From: Minisyncoccia bacterium
Lineage (GTDB): Bacteria; Patescibacteriota; Minisyncoccia; Phycocordibacterales; CAJBRS01
Assembly: GCA_038215155.1 (NCBI GenBank)
Contig: JBBQRF010000004.1
Location: 1-54,683 of the forward strand
Length of the DNA: 54,683 bases
Direction: 5' to 3'
This document shows positions 8,662 through 17,957 of the stretch, piece by piece. The notes below the pieces were generated by a model. That model made no database searches. It was not told where the DNA came from and worked only from the letters and a program-made list of their open reading frames with translations. Each line of letters opens with the position of its first letter. The stretch's first letter is position 1. A program made the translations under genes and the position numbers.

Positions 8662-9134
8662 AAATCTACATTGCTTCAGACCATGCCGGTTTTAAATTAA
8701 AGGATTCACTCCTATCCTTTCTAAAAACCGAAGGCCATGAAGTGGTAGATATGGGAGCCTTTGTTTACAAAATGGGAGATGATTATCCAGACTTTATTAA
8801 ATTAGCTGCTCAAAAAGTATCAGAAGAACCACAATCTCGCGGCATTGTCTTAGGCGCATCGGGCCAGGGAGAGGCAATAGTTGCCAATAAAATTCCAGGA
8901 ATAAGAGCGGTAGTTTATTATGGGGGAAATAGAGAAATTGTTAAACTTTCTCGCCGTCACAACGATGCTAATGTACTTTCTTTAGGAGCCCGATTTTTAA
9001 ATGAGAAGGAAGCAAAAGAGATGGTAAAACTTTGGCTTGGCGCCCGATTCTCCGAGGAAGAGCGTCACGTTCGCCGTATTAAAAAAATTGCTGATTTAGA
9101 GAAAAAAATTATTCAGACTAAGACAAAGAAATAG
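8658..9134 (+). CDS. rpiB: Ribose-5-phosphate isomerase B
   Basis: MKIYIASDHAGFKLK, RpiB/LacAB family. 4-nt overlap with gap. Confidence 0.9.
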   Translation: MKIYIASDHAGFKLKDSLLSFLKTEGHEVVDMGAFVYKMGDDYPDFIKLAAQKVSEEPQSRGIVLGASGQGEAIVANKIPGIRAVVYYGGNREIVKLSRRHNDANVLSLGARFLNEKEAKEMVKLWLGARFSEEERHVRRIKKIADLEKKIIQTKTKK

Positions 9135-9135
9135 C

Positions 9136-9807
9136 ATGGAAATTATTCCGGCCATCATGCCCGAAAATTATGAAGACTTGCGGGAGAAGTTATCGCAAGT
9201 TAGCCATTCTGTGAAAACTGTTCAGATTGACGTGATGGATGGCCGATTCGTCTCATCACGAAGCTGGCCGTATAATCGGCAGCCCGATCCGGATTTTGAA
9301 AAGGTTTTGCATGAAGAAGAAGGGCTGCCGTTTTGGGAGCGACTAAATTTTGAAATAGATTTAATGGTAGATAATCCGAGTAGAGAAGCTAGTAAATGGA
9401 TTTTGGCTGGAGCGACTCGATTGGCGATTCATTTAGAAAGTCAGAAAGAAAATTTAAAGGTAGCTTTGGAAGAAATTAAAAATGGGGGAGTGGAGGTGGG
9501 CCTTGCCATGGATATGAAAACTCCAGTCGAAGAGCTATGGCCGTTTTTAGACTGCGTAGACTTTGTACAATTAATGGGTATTAAAAATATTGGATATCAA
9601 GGCGAGCCTTTTGATGGGGAGGTGGTTGGGCGAATCAAGAGTGTAAAAGAGAGGTCGCCGTCGACGATTGTCAGCGTCGACGGCGGCGTTAGCCTGGAGA
9701 CTGCGCCCGCCATTTTGGCGGCGGGCGCCGAGCGTCTTGTCATTGGATCAGCTATTTTTGATAGCGCAGATGTCGAAGGGGCTATCCATGACTTTCAATC
9801 CCTTTAG
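9136..9807 (+). CDS. rpe: Ribulose-phosphate 3-epimerase
   Basis: VQIDVMDGRFV and SVDGGV motifs. Confidence 0.88.
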   Translation: MEIIPAIMPENYEDLREKLSQVSHSVKTVQIDVMDGRFVSSRSWPYNRQPDPDFEKVLHEEEGLPFWERLNFEIDLMVDNPSREASKWILAGATRLAIHLESQKENLKVALEEIKNGGVEVGLAMDMKTPVEELWPFLDCVDFVQLMGIKNIGYQGEPFDGEVVGRIKSVKERSPSTIVSVDGGVSLETAPAILAAGAERLVIGSAIFDSADVEGAIHDFQSL

Positions 9808-9861
9808 AAAATCTTTATTAATACTTCATGCCGGAATGGTAATTTGATACAATTATCATTA

Positions 9862-10146
9862 ATGAAGATTCCTAAAATGGTTACCATAGATAAATTGGCC
9901 CAAATGATTGCCCGGGGTTTTGAAGATCAAGAAAAAAGATTTACTCATACTCTTAATGAAATTTTACAAAGCCTGAATGAACGGATGGATTTTCTAGAAA
10001 GCAAATTAGATTTTCTAGAAAGCAAGTTAGACGGAATTAATAATCGTTTGGATGATCTAGCCTTAAATCGCGCCACTCGGGACGAGGTCTACACTTTAAA
10101 TAAAAGAATTACGCGTATTGAAAATAAATTAGGCTTTAAAACTTAA
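9862..10146 (+). CDS. Small coiled-coil protein of unknown function
   Basis: Heptad-rich sequence containing an exact DFLESKL DFLESKL duplication. The ATG at 9862 is preferred over the TTG at 9844. Confidence 0.45.
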   Translation: MKIPKMVTIDKLAQMIARGFEDQEKRFTHTLNEILQSLNERMDFLESKLDFLESKLDGINNRLDDLALNRATRDEVYTLNKRITRIENKLGFKT

Positions 10147-11012
10147 TGACTCTAAACGATCAAACTATTTGGGGATTAGAAACCAAGGCGAATGAAATTC
10201 GTCAATCTATTATCGAGATGCTTCTTGAAGCGGGCTCAGGGCACACCGCCGGCCCATTGGGTATGGCAGATATTTTCACTGCACTTTATTTTAAATTACT
10301 TCGGCATGACCCTAAAAATCCTGGGTGGACTGATCGAGATCGAATAGTTCTTTCCAATGGCCACATCTGTCCGATTTTGTATGCTGCCATGGCGCATGCC
10401 GGTTATTTTCCTATAGAAGAATTGAAGACCTTAAGAAAGTTCGGGTCCCGACTCCAAGGCCATCCTCACCGCGAATGGCTACCAGGTCTCGAGACTAGTT
10501 CTGGTCCTTTGGGCTCTGGCTTGTCACAAGCGGTTGGCATGGCCTTGGCCGACAGGATTGATAGCGGGCCAGCTTCAAATCGCTATGTATATGCTCTTCT
10601 TAGTGACGGTGAATTGAATGCAGGAAATATCTGGGAAGGTGCAATGCTCGCCGGCAAAGAGAAACTACACAACCTTATTGCCATTATTGATCGTAATAAT
10701 ATTCAAATTGATGGTTTTACTGAAGATATTATGCCTCTGGAAAATCTTCGCGCTCGTTGGGAATCTTGGAACTGGCATGTGCAAGAGATTGATGGCCACA
10801 ATTTCTCTGAAATTGTGGCCGCCGTCGAACAGGCAAAAGCTATCTTCGAAAAGCCCTCTGTTATCATTGCGCATACCATTCCTGGAAAAGGTGTGAAAGA
10901 ATTTGAGCGTGATTTTCATTGGCATGGTAAGACGCCAAATAAAGAAGAGGCAAAGATGGCATTGAACGAGCTCCGGACGCTCGGTGGAAAAATTAAAAGC
11001 GAACATGAATAA
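10146..11012 (+). CDS. tkt: Transketolase, N-terminal (TPP-binding) subunit
   Basis: SGHTAGPLGMADI and LSDGELNAGNIWE motifs. Split-type transketolase. Confidence 0.9.
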   Translation: MTLNDQTIWGLETKANEIRQSIIEMLLEAGSGHTAGPLGMADIFTALYFKLLRHDPKNPGWTDRDRIVLSNGHICPILYAAMAHAGYFPIEELKTLRKFGSRLQGHPHREWLPGLETSSGPLGSGLSQAVGMALADRIDSGPASNRYVYALLSDGELNAGNIWEGAMLAGKEKLHNLIAIIDRNNIQIDGFTEDIMPLENLRARWESWNWHVQEIDGHNFSEIVAAVEQAKAIFEKPSVIIAHTIPGKGVKEFERDFHWHGKTPNKEEAKMALNELRTLGGKIKSEHE

Positions 11013-11991
11013 TTTAAACCCCAAAATTTTTGCAAAGGATAATAGCGATATTGAGCAAGCGCCAATCCGTAAGGGTTTCGGTGAAGGACTACTTGATGCG
11101 GGTGAGCAGGATGAAAATGTCGTGGGTCTTTGCGCTGATCTGACGGAATCCACACAAATGCACTTATTTAAAGAAAAATTTCCTCATCGCTTTGTGGAAA
11201 TTGGAGTGGCTGAACAAAACTTAGCAACGGTAGCGGCCGGCATGGCCGCCATGGGAAAAGTTCCATTTCTTTCTTCTTATGCCATGTTTAGTCCTGGCCG
11301 AAATTGGGAGCAAATCCGAACTACTATTTGTTACAACAACGCTAATGTAAAGATTGTTGGATCGCATGCGGGAGTCTCTGTAGGGCCTGATGGCGGCAGC
11401 CATCAGGCCCTGGAAGATCTGGCCATTATTCGGGTTTTGCCTCGAATGACCATCATCTCTCCTTGCGATGCAATCGAGGCGCGAAAGGCCACCATTGCAG
11501 CGGCCAAGATGAAAGGCCCGGTTTACCTGCGTCTTGCCCGCGAGAAAACTCCCATCATCACTACTGAAGAAACCGCTTTTGAAATTGGTAAAGCGCAAAT
11601 TTTTTATCAGCCAAAGACTAAAGCCCAGGTAGGAATTATCGCTACGGGAGCACTAGTCTACCAAGCAATTCAAGCGGCCAAGCAATTAGATGATCAGGGC
11701 TTCCCCGCTAAAGTCTTGAACATCTCCACTATTAAACCTCTGGACGAAGAAGCAGTTATCAATTTAGCTAAAGAAAGTGGCGCCATCATTACAGTAGAGG
11801 AGCATCAAATTACCGGCGGTCTTGGTGGGGCAGTTGCAGAATGCTTGGCTAAAAATTACCCAGTACCAATGGAATTTATAGGAGTGAAAGATAAATTCGG
11901 CCAATCAGGAAAACCCTCAGAACTTATCAAACACTACGGTATGGATGCCGAGTCTATTATAGAAGCCGCTCAGCGACTTAGAAATAAGTAA
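11005..11991 (+). CDS. tkt: Transketolase, C-terminal (pyrimidine-binding) subunit
   Basis: FVEIGVAEQNL and GPDGGSHQALEDLA motifs. The ATG at 11005 overlaps the upstream stop (atgaataa). Confidence 0.9.
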   Translation: MNNLNPKIFAKDNSDIEQAPIRKGFGEGLLDAGEQDENVVGLCADLTESTQMHLFKEKFPHRFVEIGVAEQNLATVAAGMAAMGKVPFLSSYAMFSPGRNWEQIRTTICYNNANVKIVGSHAGVSVGPDGGSHQALEDLAIIRVLPRMTIISPCDAIEARKATIAAAKMKGPVYLRLAREKTPIITTEETAFEIGKAQIFYQPKTKAQVGIIATGALVYQAIQAAKQLDDQGFPAKVLNISTIKPLDEEAVINLAKESGAIITVEEHQITGGLGGAVAECLAKNYPVPMEFIGVKDKFGQSGKPSELIKHYGMDAESIIEAAQRLRNK

Positions 11992-12044
11992 ATCTGACCC
12001 GGGTGAATTATCGAAGTCTAACTTCGTTACTATAATCCAGCGGT

Positions 12045-12106
12045 GTTGCGAGCTTGTTGCTTATCCGACTCGCCGAAGGCGACGGCGGGAAGTAACATGC
12101 GAGCGG
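12045..12106. repeat. Conserved structured element, copy 1 (strand unknown)
   Basis: gttgcgagcttg, then a 39-nt imperfect hairpin with a GAAG-type apex, then catgcgagcgg. The same flanks and spacing occur at 54395-54455. Confidence 0.6.
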
Positions 12107-12128
12107 GCCAGCGTGGAAAATTGGTTGT

Positions 12129-13124
12129 TTAAATCTTAGTAGCTTGCCAATCCGCAGGGCGCTTATCCAGCCACTCTTTAATCTTTGCTTCAGAAAGGAG
12201 ACCTCGTTGCGCGCCAATATCTTGAACAACTGACATAGAATTTACTGCACCCCATTCCAGGGCTTCTTGCATGGTTTTTCCTAAGATAAGAGCGCAAGTG
12301 ACGGTTGAAGCAAAAGCATCTCCCGCCCCCGTTCGCTCATATGGGGGTTTTGGGTCTGGATAAGGTGGCATGAACCAAAATTCTTTTCCGTCATAAGCAT
12401 AAGCTCCTTTCGGTCCATCAGTAATGACAACATTTTTAGGACCAAGCCCACTGACAGCAATTAATAATTTTTTAATATCAGTTTCTGATGTATTTAAAAT
12501 TCGGTTCGCTTCGCCCACATTACAGAAAAATAATTCTGATCGCTGATAAATTCTCTGAAGTGCCTCTTTACCAAATTTCATTTGATAAGTACCCGGCTGA
12601 AAACATAGTTTGATTTCCGGATTAGCTTCTAGATAGTCGGCAATTTTTGAATGAAATTCCAAAGAACTTTCTCCAAGCGAACTTAAGTAAAGCCACTTTG
12701 GTTTTCCCACCATCGGCATTTCATATGGGTATTGGAAGTGTTTGATTAAGATGGTGCGCTCATCATGAAACCACAAGACGTAGTGATGATTGGTCTTCAT
12801 TTCCTGATTTACTTTCAGAAAACTAGCGTCAACTAAATTTTGATGAAGACTTTCTAAGCAATCTTTTCCGAGCTGATCATCTCCGACGTTCGAAATAAGT
12901 GCCGATTTTAGACCGACTCGGGCAGCTGAAACGGCAGCATTGGCACTGTTGCCGACGGCATAGATCATCTCGGCAAATTCATAAGGCACTTTGTCCGCAA
13001 AAGAAAGGCAGAGTTTTTCGGACGTATGATTAGCATCCCAGACTTCCTCACCCTCGTTCAGGCGAATAAAAGTATCGACTACAGTATCTCCAATGGCAAT
13101 TAAATCAAAATCTTTAGAATTCAT
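12129..13124 (-). CDS. PfkB-family carbohydrate kinase
   Basis: ERTGAGDAFAS (PfkB signature 2) and an N-terminal GDTVVD-type motif. Confidence 0.8.
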   Translation of the reverse strand: MNSKDFDLIAIGDTVVDTFIRLNEGEEVWDANHTSEKLCLSFADKVPYEFAEMIYAVGNSANAAVSAARVGLKSALISNVGDDQLGKDCLESLHQNLVDASFLKVNQEMKTNHHYVLWFHDERTILIKHFQYPYEMPMVGKPKWLYLSSLGESSLEFHSKIADYLEANPEIKLCFQPGTYQMKFGKEALQRIYQRSELFFCNVGEANRILNTSETDIKKLLIAVSGLGPKNVVITDGPKGAYAYDGKEFWFMPPYPDPKPPYERTGAGDAFASTVTCALILGKTMQEALEWGAVNSMSVVQDIGAQRGLLSEAKIKEWLDKRPADWQATKI

Positions 13125-13172
13125 GGGTGAAATTATATCATGAGAAAAGGAAAGCTGTGATAAAATAAAGCC

Positions 13173-14036
13173 ATGCTAACCTTGCGTGAATGTCTAAAAG
13201 AAGCGGAACAGAATAAAGTGGCCATTGGTCATTTTAATATATCTAATATCGAGGGCTTGTGGGCGGTTTTTAATGCTGCTCGATCACTTAATTTACCAGT
13301 AATTATCGGTACTTCTGAAGGGGAAAGGGAATTTATTGGCACCAAGCAGTGCGCTCTCCTGGTAAAAAGTTTAAGAGAGGAATTTAATTACCCGATTTTC
13401 CTTAATGCCGACCACACTTATTCATTTGAAAAGGTCAAAGAAGCGGTAGACGCTGGATATGATGCCATTATTTATGACGGCGCAGAGCAGCCATTTGAGG
13501 AAAATATTAAAGTAACGAAAGAATGCGTGGCATATGCTAAAAGCAAAAATCCAGAAATTTTAATTGAAGGAGAATTAGGTTACAAAGGAACCTCCTCGGA
13601 AGTTCTAGATTCAATTCCGAAAGGAGTGGAGTTAGGACCAGAATTCTTGACTCATCCAGAGGAAGCAGCACGTTTTGTAGAGGAAACTGGAGTTGATCTC
13701 TTGGCTCCGGCAGTTGGCAATTTTCATGGCATGTTAAAGAGTGGTGACCCCGCCCTCAATATTGACACAGTTCGAGAGGTAGGACTCGCGGCTAAGGTAC
13801 CGCTTGTTCTCCATGGCGCATCAGGTAATTCGGCAGGCGACATACAAGCATCAATTGCTAATGGCGTTAGAATTGTGCATGTCAGTACGGAATTACGGGC
13901 TGCTTATACTGAGGCCTTGCGTAAATCTCTCGCGGATAGTCCAAAGGAAGTAGCGCCCTACAAACTTAATAAACCCGCAATCGTGGCCATGCAGAAAGTA
14001 GCTGAGGAGAAATTAAGGATTTTTAATAATTTGTGA
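13173..14036 (+). CDS. fba: Class II fructose-bisphosphate aldolase
   Basis: HFNISNIEG, LNADHT and LVLHGASG motifs. Confidence 0.85.
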   Translation: MLTLRECLKEAEQNKVAIGHFNISNIEGLWAVFNAARSLNLPVIIGTSEGEREFIGTKQCALLVKSLREEFNYPIFLNADHTYSFEKVKEAVDAGYDAIIYDGAEQPFEENIKVTKECVAYAKSKNPEILIEGELGYKGTSSEVLDSIPKGVELGPEFLTHPEEAARFVEETGVDLLAPAVGNFHGMLKSGDPALNIDTVREVGLAAKVPLVLHGASGNSAGDIQASIANGVRIVHVSTELRAAYTEALRKSLADSPKEVAPYKLNKPAIVAMQKVAEEKLRIFNNL

Positions 14037-15697
14037 AAGAAGAAATTGAGAAAATAATAAAAGGGGAAGTAGACAATAGTGAAGAGACCCTTACAAAATA
14101 TAGTCGAGACGCTAGTTTGTTTGAAGTGCGGCCGGAGCTTGTAGTTTTTCCGAAAGATTCCGATGATCTGAAGAATTTAGTCAAGTATGTCTCGGAGGAA
14201 AAAAAGAATAGGCCTGCCCTGTCTGAAAAACGACGGCCCGAGCTATCGCTGACGGGTCGCTCTGCCGGCACCGACATGTCGGGCGGTGCCATTAACGAAT
14301 CGATAATTCTAGATTTCACTAAGTATTTTAAAAAAGAAGAAGTGGATGTTGAGAATCTGCGGGCCGTAGTGGCGCCCGGAGTTTTCTACCGAGATTTTGA
14401 GACTGAAACTTTACCCAAGCACATTTCTCTGCCCGTTTATCCCGCTTCAAAACAATTGGCAGCACTTGGAGGAATGATTATGAATAATGCAGCAGGGGAG
14501 AAGACTCTGAAGTATGGCCAAATTCGAGATTTTGTAGAGGAAGTGACGATGGTACTTAGCGATGGCAATGAATACACATTTGCAAAGCTCGGCGAAGCCG
14601 AGCTAAAAGAGAAGCTCGCCCTCAATACTTTCGAGGGCGAGCTTTATCGAAAGACCTACGACCTCGTGACTACCAACAAAGAGATTATTGAAAAAGCCAA
14701 ACCCCAAACCTCTAAAAATTCTTCCGGCTACGCTCTATGGAGAATTTATGATGCGGACAAAAAGGTCTTTGACCTTTCCCAACTTTTTGTCGGCTCGCAA
14801 GGCACTCTAGGTCTTTTAACCGAAGCCAAGATGCGCCTAATAAAAGAAAAATCTAATCGAAAGCTCATAGCTTTATTTTTTAAATCCTGGGACGACCTAC
14901 CAAAGGTAGTAAATGAGGTTTTACCCTATCAGCCCGAGAGTCTCGAAGCTTTTGACGATGCCACTCTCAAACTAGGTATTCATTTCATGCCTGAAATCGC
15001 CAAGAAGGCCCACGAACATTTTTGGAAATTTGCTCTCAGTTTTCTCCCTGAAGCCTTTATCGGTCTAGAAATGGGCGGGTTACCCAAATTAATTCTCTTA
15101 ATTGAGTTGGCTGAAGATTCTGAGCAAGAGGTTGAGACTAAGGTAGAAGCAATTACTGCTAAATTAAAATCTTTCCCCATTCATACGCGCATATTAGATG
15201 ATGGTCCAGATTCAGAAAAATACTGGGTGATGCGACGTGAGAGTTTCAATCTTCTGCGCCAACACGTCAAGGGCAAAAAGACAGCCCCTTTTATTGACGA
15301 TTTCGTTATCGATCCAGCCAAGATGCCAGAATTTCTACCGCGGCTCCTTAAAATCTTAAAAGACAATGACATTCAAGCAAATATCGCAGGCCATGCGGGT
15401 AACGGCAACTATCACATCATTCCTTTAATGGACATCACTCTTCCAAGTGAGCGGGCCAAAATAGTACCGGTAGCTAAAGAAGTTTACAACTTAATAATTC
15501 AGTATGGGGGTAGTATTAGCGCAGAACACAACGATGGAATCATGCGTACCCCTTTTGTGGAAGAGATGTTTGGCCATGAAATGTATGGCTTATTTGAACA
15601 AGTGAAGGAAATTTTTGATCCACAAAATATTTTCAATCCAGGCAAGAAGGTTGGCGGTACTTTAGAATACTTGGAGGAGCACATTGCTACAAAATAA
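14033..15697 (+). CDS. FAD-linked oxidase (GlcD/D-lactate dehydrogenase-like)
   Basis: GRSAGTDMSGGAI FAD-binding PCMH motif and a C-terminal oxidase domain (AEHNDG). The GTG start overlaps the fba stop. Confidence 0.78.
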   Translation: MKEEIEKIIKGEVDNSEETLTKYSRDASLFEVRPELVVFPKDSDDLKNLVKYVSEEKKNRPALSEKRRPELSLTGRSAGTDMSGGAINESIILDFTKYFKKEEVDVENLRAVVAPGVFYRDFETETLPKHISLPVYPASKQLAALGGMIMNNAAGEKTLKYGQIRDFVEEVTMVLSDGNEYTFAKLGEAELKEKLALNTFEGELYRKTYDLVTTNKEIIEKAKPQTSKNSSGYALWRIYDADKKVFDLSQLFVGSQGTLGLLTEAKMRLIKEKSNRKLIALFFKSWDDLPKVVNEVLPYQPESLEAFDDATLKLGIHFMPEIAKKAHEHFWKFALSFLPEAFIGLEMGGLPKLILLIELAEDSEQEVETKVEAITAKLKSFPIHTRILDDGPDSEKYWVMRRESFNLLRQHVKGKKTAPFIDDFVIDPAKMPEFLPRLLKILKDNDIQANIAGHAGNGNYHIIPLMDITLPSERAKIVPVAKEVYNLIIQYGGSISAEHNDGIMRTPFVEEMFGHEMYGLFEQVKEIFDPQNIFNPGKKVGGTLEYLEEHIATK

Positions 15698-15718
15698 TCA
15701 CCTTGTATAATTAAATAT

Positions 15719-15928
15719 ATGATGAAAGATGTGGAATTTAATGAATTTCAGCCACAAAATCGGGCACCCTTGAATAAGAATTCCAGGCAAAATCAAAAAC
15801 TAAAGAGTTCATATGTAATCCTGTTAATAATTGCGGCAATTATTTTTCTTTATTTCACTTTTAATCCTAACCAAGAAAACTCGAGGAAATTTCCTCTTCC
15901 TACATCATATGTATCGAATGTTAAATAA
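15719..15928 (+). CDS. Small single-pass membrane protein (pilin-associated), unknown family
   Basis: N-terminal DVEFNEF and one TM segment (YVILLIIAAIIFLYFTF). It overlaps the start of the downstream pilin gene. Confidence 0.5.
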   Translation: MMKDVEFNEFQPQNRAPLNKNSRQNQKLKSSYVILLIIAAIIFLYFTFNPNQENSRKFPLPTSYVSNVK

Positions 15929-16427
15929 AAGAGGATTCACCTTAATAGAATTAATGGTGGTGGTGGCCATTATTGGCATGTTAAGTAGTGTCGTTCTTTC
16001 TAGTTTAAATACCGCTAGAGGAAAAGGTAGAGATGCTCAGAGGATTTCAGATATTAAACAGTTAAAAACTGCTTTACAACTTTATTACGAGGATAATGGA
16101 CAGACGTATCCAACGGCTTTAAGCGGTCTGGCGCCAAAATATATTGGTAAAATCCCTACAGATCCCTCAAGTCAGACCATTAGTGCCTTTACTTGTGGAG
16201 CTGGTAATTATTGTTATGCCTACTATCCTTCTACAAGTCCCAATTTTTATCATCTGGGTGCTAAATTAGAATTTAATAACAGTGTATTGAATTCTGATAC
16301 GGACTGTCGTAGCGATAGTGCCACAGCCGCCTGCGTGGCCGGTCAGACTACTCTAAATGGAGGGAACTTCAACGGTGCCTCAAATGGTCCTGGGGGAACA
16401 GACAACGTATATGATTTAACTAGTTAA
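15909..16427 (+). CDS. Type IV pilin/pseudopilin-like protein
   Basis: Prepilin cleavage/methylation motif KRGFTLIELMVVVAIIG. The start is 15909 or 15918; the tracker start at 15831 is too far upstream. Confidence 0.8.
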   Translation: MYRMLNKRGFTLIELMVVVAIIGMLSSVVLSSLNTARGKGRDAQRISDIKQLKTALQLYYEDNGQTYPTALSGLAPKYIGKIPTDPSSQTISAFTCGAGNYCYAYYPSTSPNFYHLGAKLEFNNSVLNSDTDCRSDSATAACVAGQTTLNGGNFNGASNGPGGTDNVYDLTS

Positions 16428-16440
16428 ATTTAATTAAAAT

Positions 16441-16743
16441 ATGTCAAACGTCGAGTTTGAAGAAGAAAACAACAACAATTCTATCTTATATAATCGCTTT
16501 GAACGGAGTGATAAAAAACCTGGAATGGTTGCTTGGCTAATTCGGAAAAATTTTGCTAAATCAGAATCCGAAGCAAATTATATGCTGCTCATCATAACGT
16601 TTTTTTGTATTCTGGCCGCCCTTTATTTTTTTCTTCATTCAACGAAAAAAAGCAATCCTATAATTTATAAGGAAGATATATCGCCAACAGATAGAGAAAT
16701 CTTACCTCCCGATACTATAAAAAGCTTACCTTCAAAAAGATGA
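16441..16743 (+). CDS. Small single-pass membrane protein (pilin-associated), unknown family
   Basis: N-terminal NVEFEEE and one TM segment (YMLLIITFFCILAALYFFL). The ATGA overlap joins it to the downstream pilin gene. Confidence 0.55.
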   Translation: MSNVEFEEENNNNSILYNRFERSDKKPGMVAWLIRKNFAKSESEANYMLLIITFFCILAALYFFLHSTKKSNPIIYKEDISPTDREILPPDTIKSLPSKR

Positions 16744-17234
16744 AAAGTTTGACTTTTAAAAAAGGTTTTACCCTAATAGAGCTATTAGTAGTTATTTCAA
16801 TTATTGGTTTATTAGCCTCTGTGGTGCTATCGAATATTAATGTGGCTCGCCAAAAAGCCTCTGATACTCAAGTACTCCAAACCCTTTTTCAGATTAAGAA
16901 CGGCATAGAGCAATACTACTCTGACAATAAAAACTTTATTACTTCAACCGTTAGTGTAGATCTGACTGCGAATGGCAACACTACAAATCCTCCCTTTGTA
17001 CCTAATTATGTGGCTATTCCAAATACTAATCCTCATTATTATATTATGCTTCCAGGTAATAGTACTTATGCTGCCAGCAAATACAATTGCGGAAGCTTGC
17101 TGGGCACTCAAAATTTTCAATCATATATAATTTTCGCTTTTTCATATGCACCTACCACCAACACTCCTGCTCAAGCCCTTTACAATAGCGGAGGCCCTTT
17201 AGCCAATTACTACTGCCTCCCAGGGCCAATTTAA
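16740..17234 (+). CDS. Type IV pilin/pseudopilin-like protein
   Basis: KKGFTLIELLVVISIIG prepilin motif. Confidence 0.8.
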   Translation: MKSLTFKKGFTLIELLVVISIIGLLASVVLSNINVARQKASDTQVLQTLFQIKNGIEQYYSDNKNFITSTVSVDLTANGNTTNPPFVPNYVAIPNTNPHYYIMLPGNSTYAASKYNCGSLLGTQNFQSYIIFAFSYAPTTNTPAQALYNSGGPLANYYCLPGPI

Positions 17235-17262
17235 TTGATTTTTCGAAGTGAATAGCTATAAT
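17235..17262 (+). promoter_or_regulatory. Sigma70-type promoter of rplY
   Basis: TTGATT-16 nt-TATAAT. The ATG lies 8 nt after the -10 box and there is no SD. Confidence 0.5.
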
Positions 17263-17270
17263 GATTCTCT

Positions 17271-17927
17271 ATGCTTACATTAAATGTGGAAAAAAGGGAG
17301 AAAAAGTTAAAACCCGAGACTATTCGTCAAAATGGCCAAATCCCTGCTGTTTTCTATGGAAAAAAAGCCGAATCAACCCCAATTACCGTTAAAGAAGTTG
17401 ATTTTCTCAAAGCTTGGAAGGAAGCCGGAGAGTCATCCGTACTTATCCTAAAAGGAGTAGGGGAGGATCATGAGGCTCTGATTCACGATATTGATCTTGA
17501 TCCAGTGACAGGAAAAGTAAGACACGCTGATTTTTACGTCTTAGAGAAAGGAAAGAAAGTAAAAGTGGGAGTTCCAATTGAATTTACTGGTATTGCTCCG
17601 GCCGTGAAAGAACTTGGAGGTACTTTGGTAAAGGTATTGCATGAATTGGAAATCGAAGCCATGCCAAAAGATTTGCCCCACGAACTTATATTGGACGTTT
17701 CAGCACTAGTAAATTTTGAATCACGTATTATTGCCAAGGATATTAAATTGCCAGCCGGGGTAGAGCTGGTCACTGATGCGGAAGAAGTAGTAGCCCTTGC
17801 TTCAGAAGTGAAAGAAGAACTGGAAGAAGAGGCGGCTCCAATTGATCTCGACTCTATTGAAGTAGAGAAGAAGGGTAAAAAAGAAGAAGAGGGCGCCGAA
17901 GGCGCTGAGGCCGCCGACGCTAAGTAA
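17271..17927 (+). CDS. rplY: Ribosomal protein L25/Ctc with acidic tail
   Basis: RQNGQIPAVFYGK and HADFY motifs, plus a C-terminal E/A-rich extension. Confidence 0.9.
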   Translation: MLTLNVEKREKKLKPETIRQNGQIPAVFYGKKAESTPITVKEVDFLKAWKEAGESSVLILKGVGEDHEALIHDIDLDPVTGKVRHADFYVLEKGKKVKVGVPIEFTGIAPAVKELGGTLVKVLHELEIEAMPKDLPHELILDVSALVNFESRIIAKDIKLPAGVELVTDAEEVVALASEVKEELEEEAAPIDLDSIEVEKKGKKEEEGAEGAEAADAK

Positions 17928-17957
17928 ATCGGCGGGGGTCTTTGCGTCTTTATATAC

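Noticed and set aside
10665-11598. Minus-strand ORFs of 79-162 aa antisense to the transketolase genes, and similar antisense ORFs inside gyrB, smc, rnr, prfA and rpsB.
   Set aside because: They are fully embedded antisense to strongly supported conserved genes, with no motifs. These are typical shadow ORFs.
10146-11991. Transketolase as a frameshifted pseudogene.
   Set aside because: The two parts correspond cleanly to the known split N-terminal and C-terminal subunit genes and have a normal ATG/stop overlap (atgaataa).
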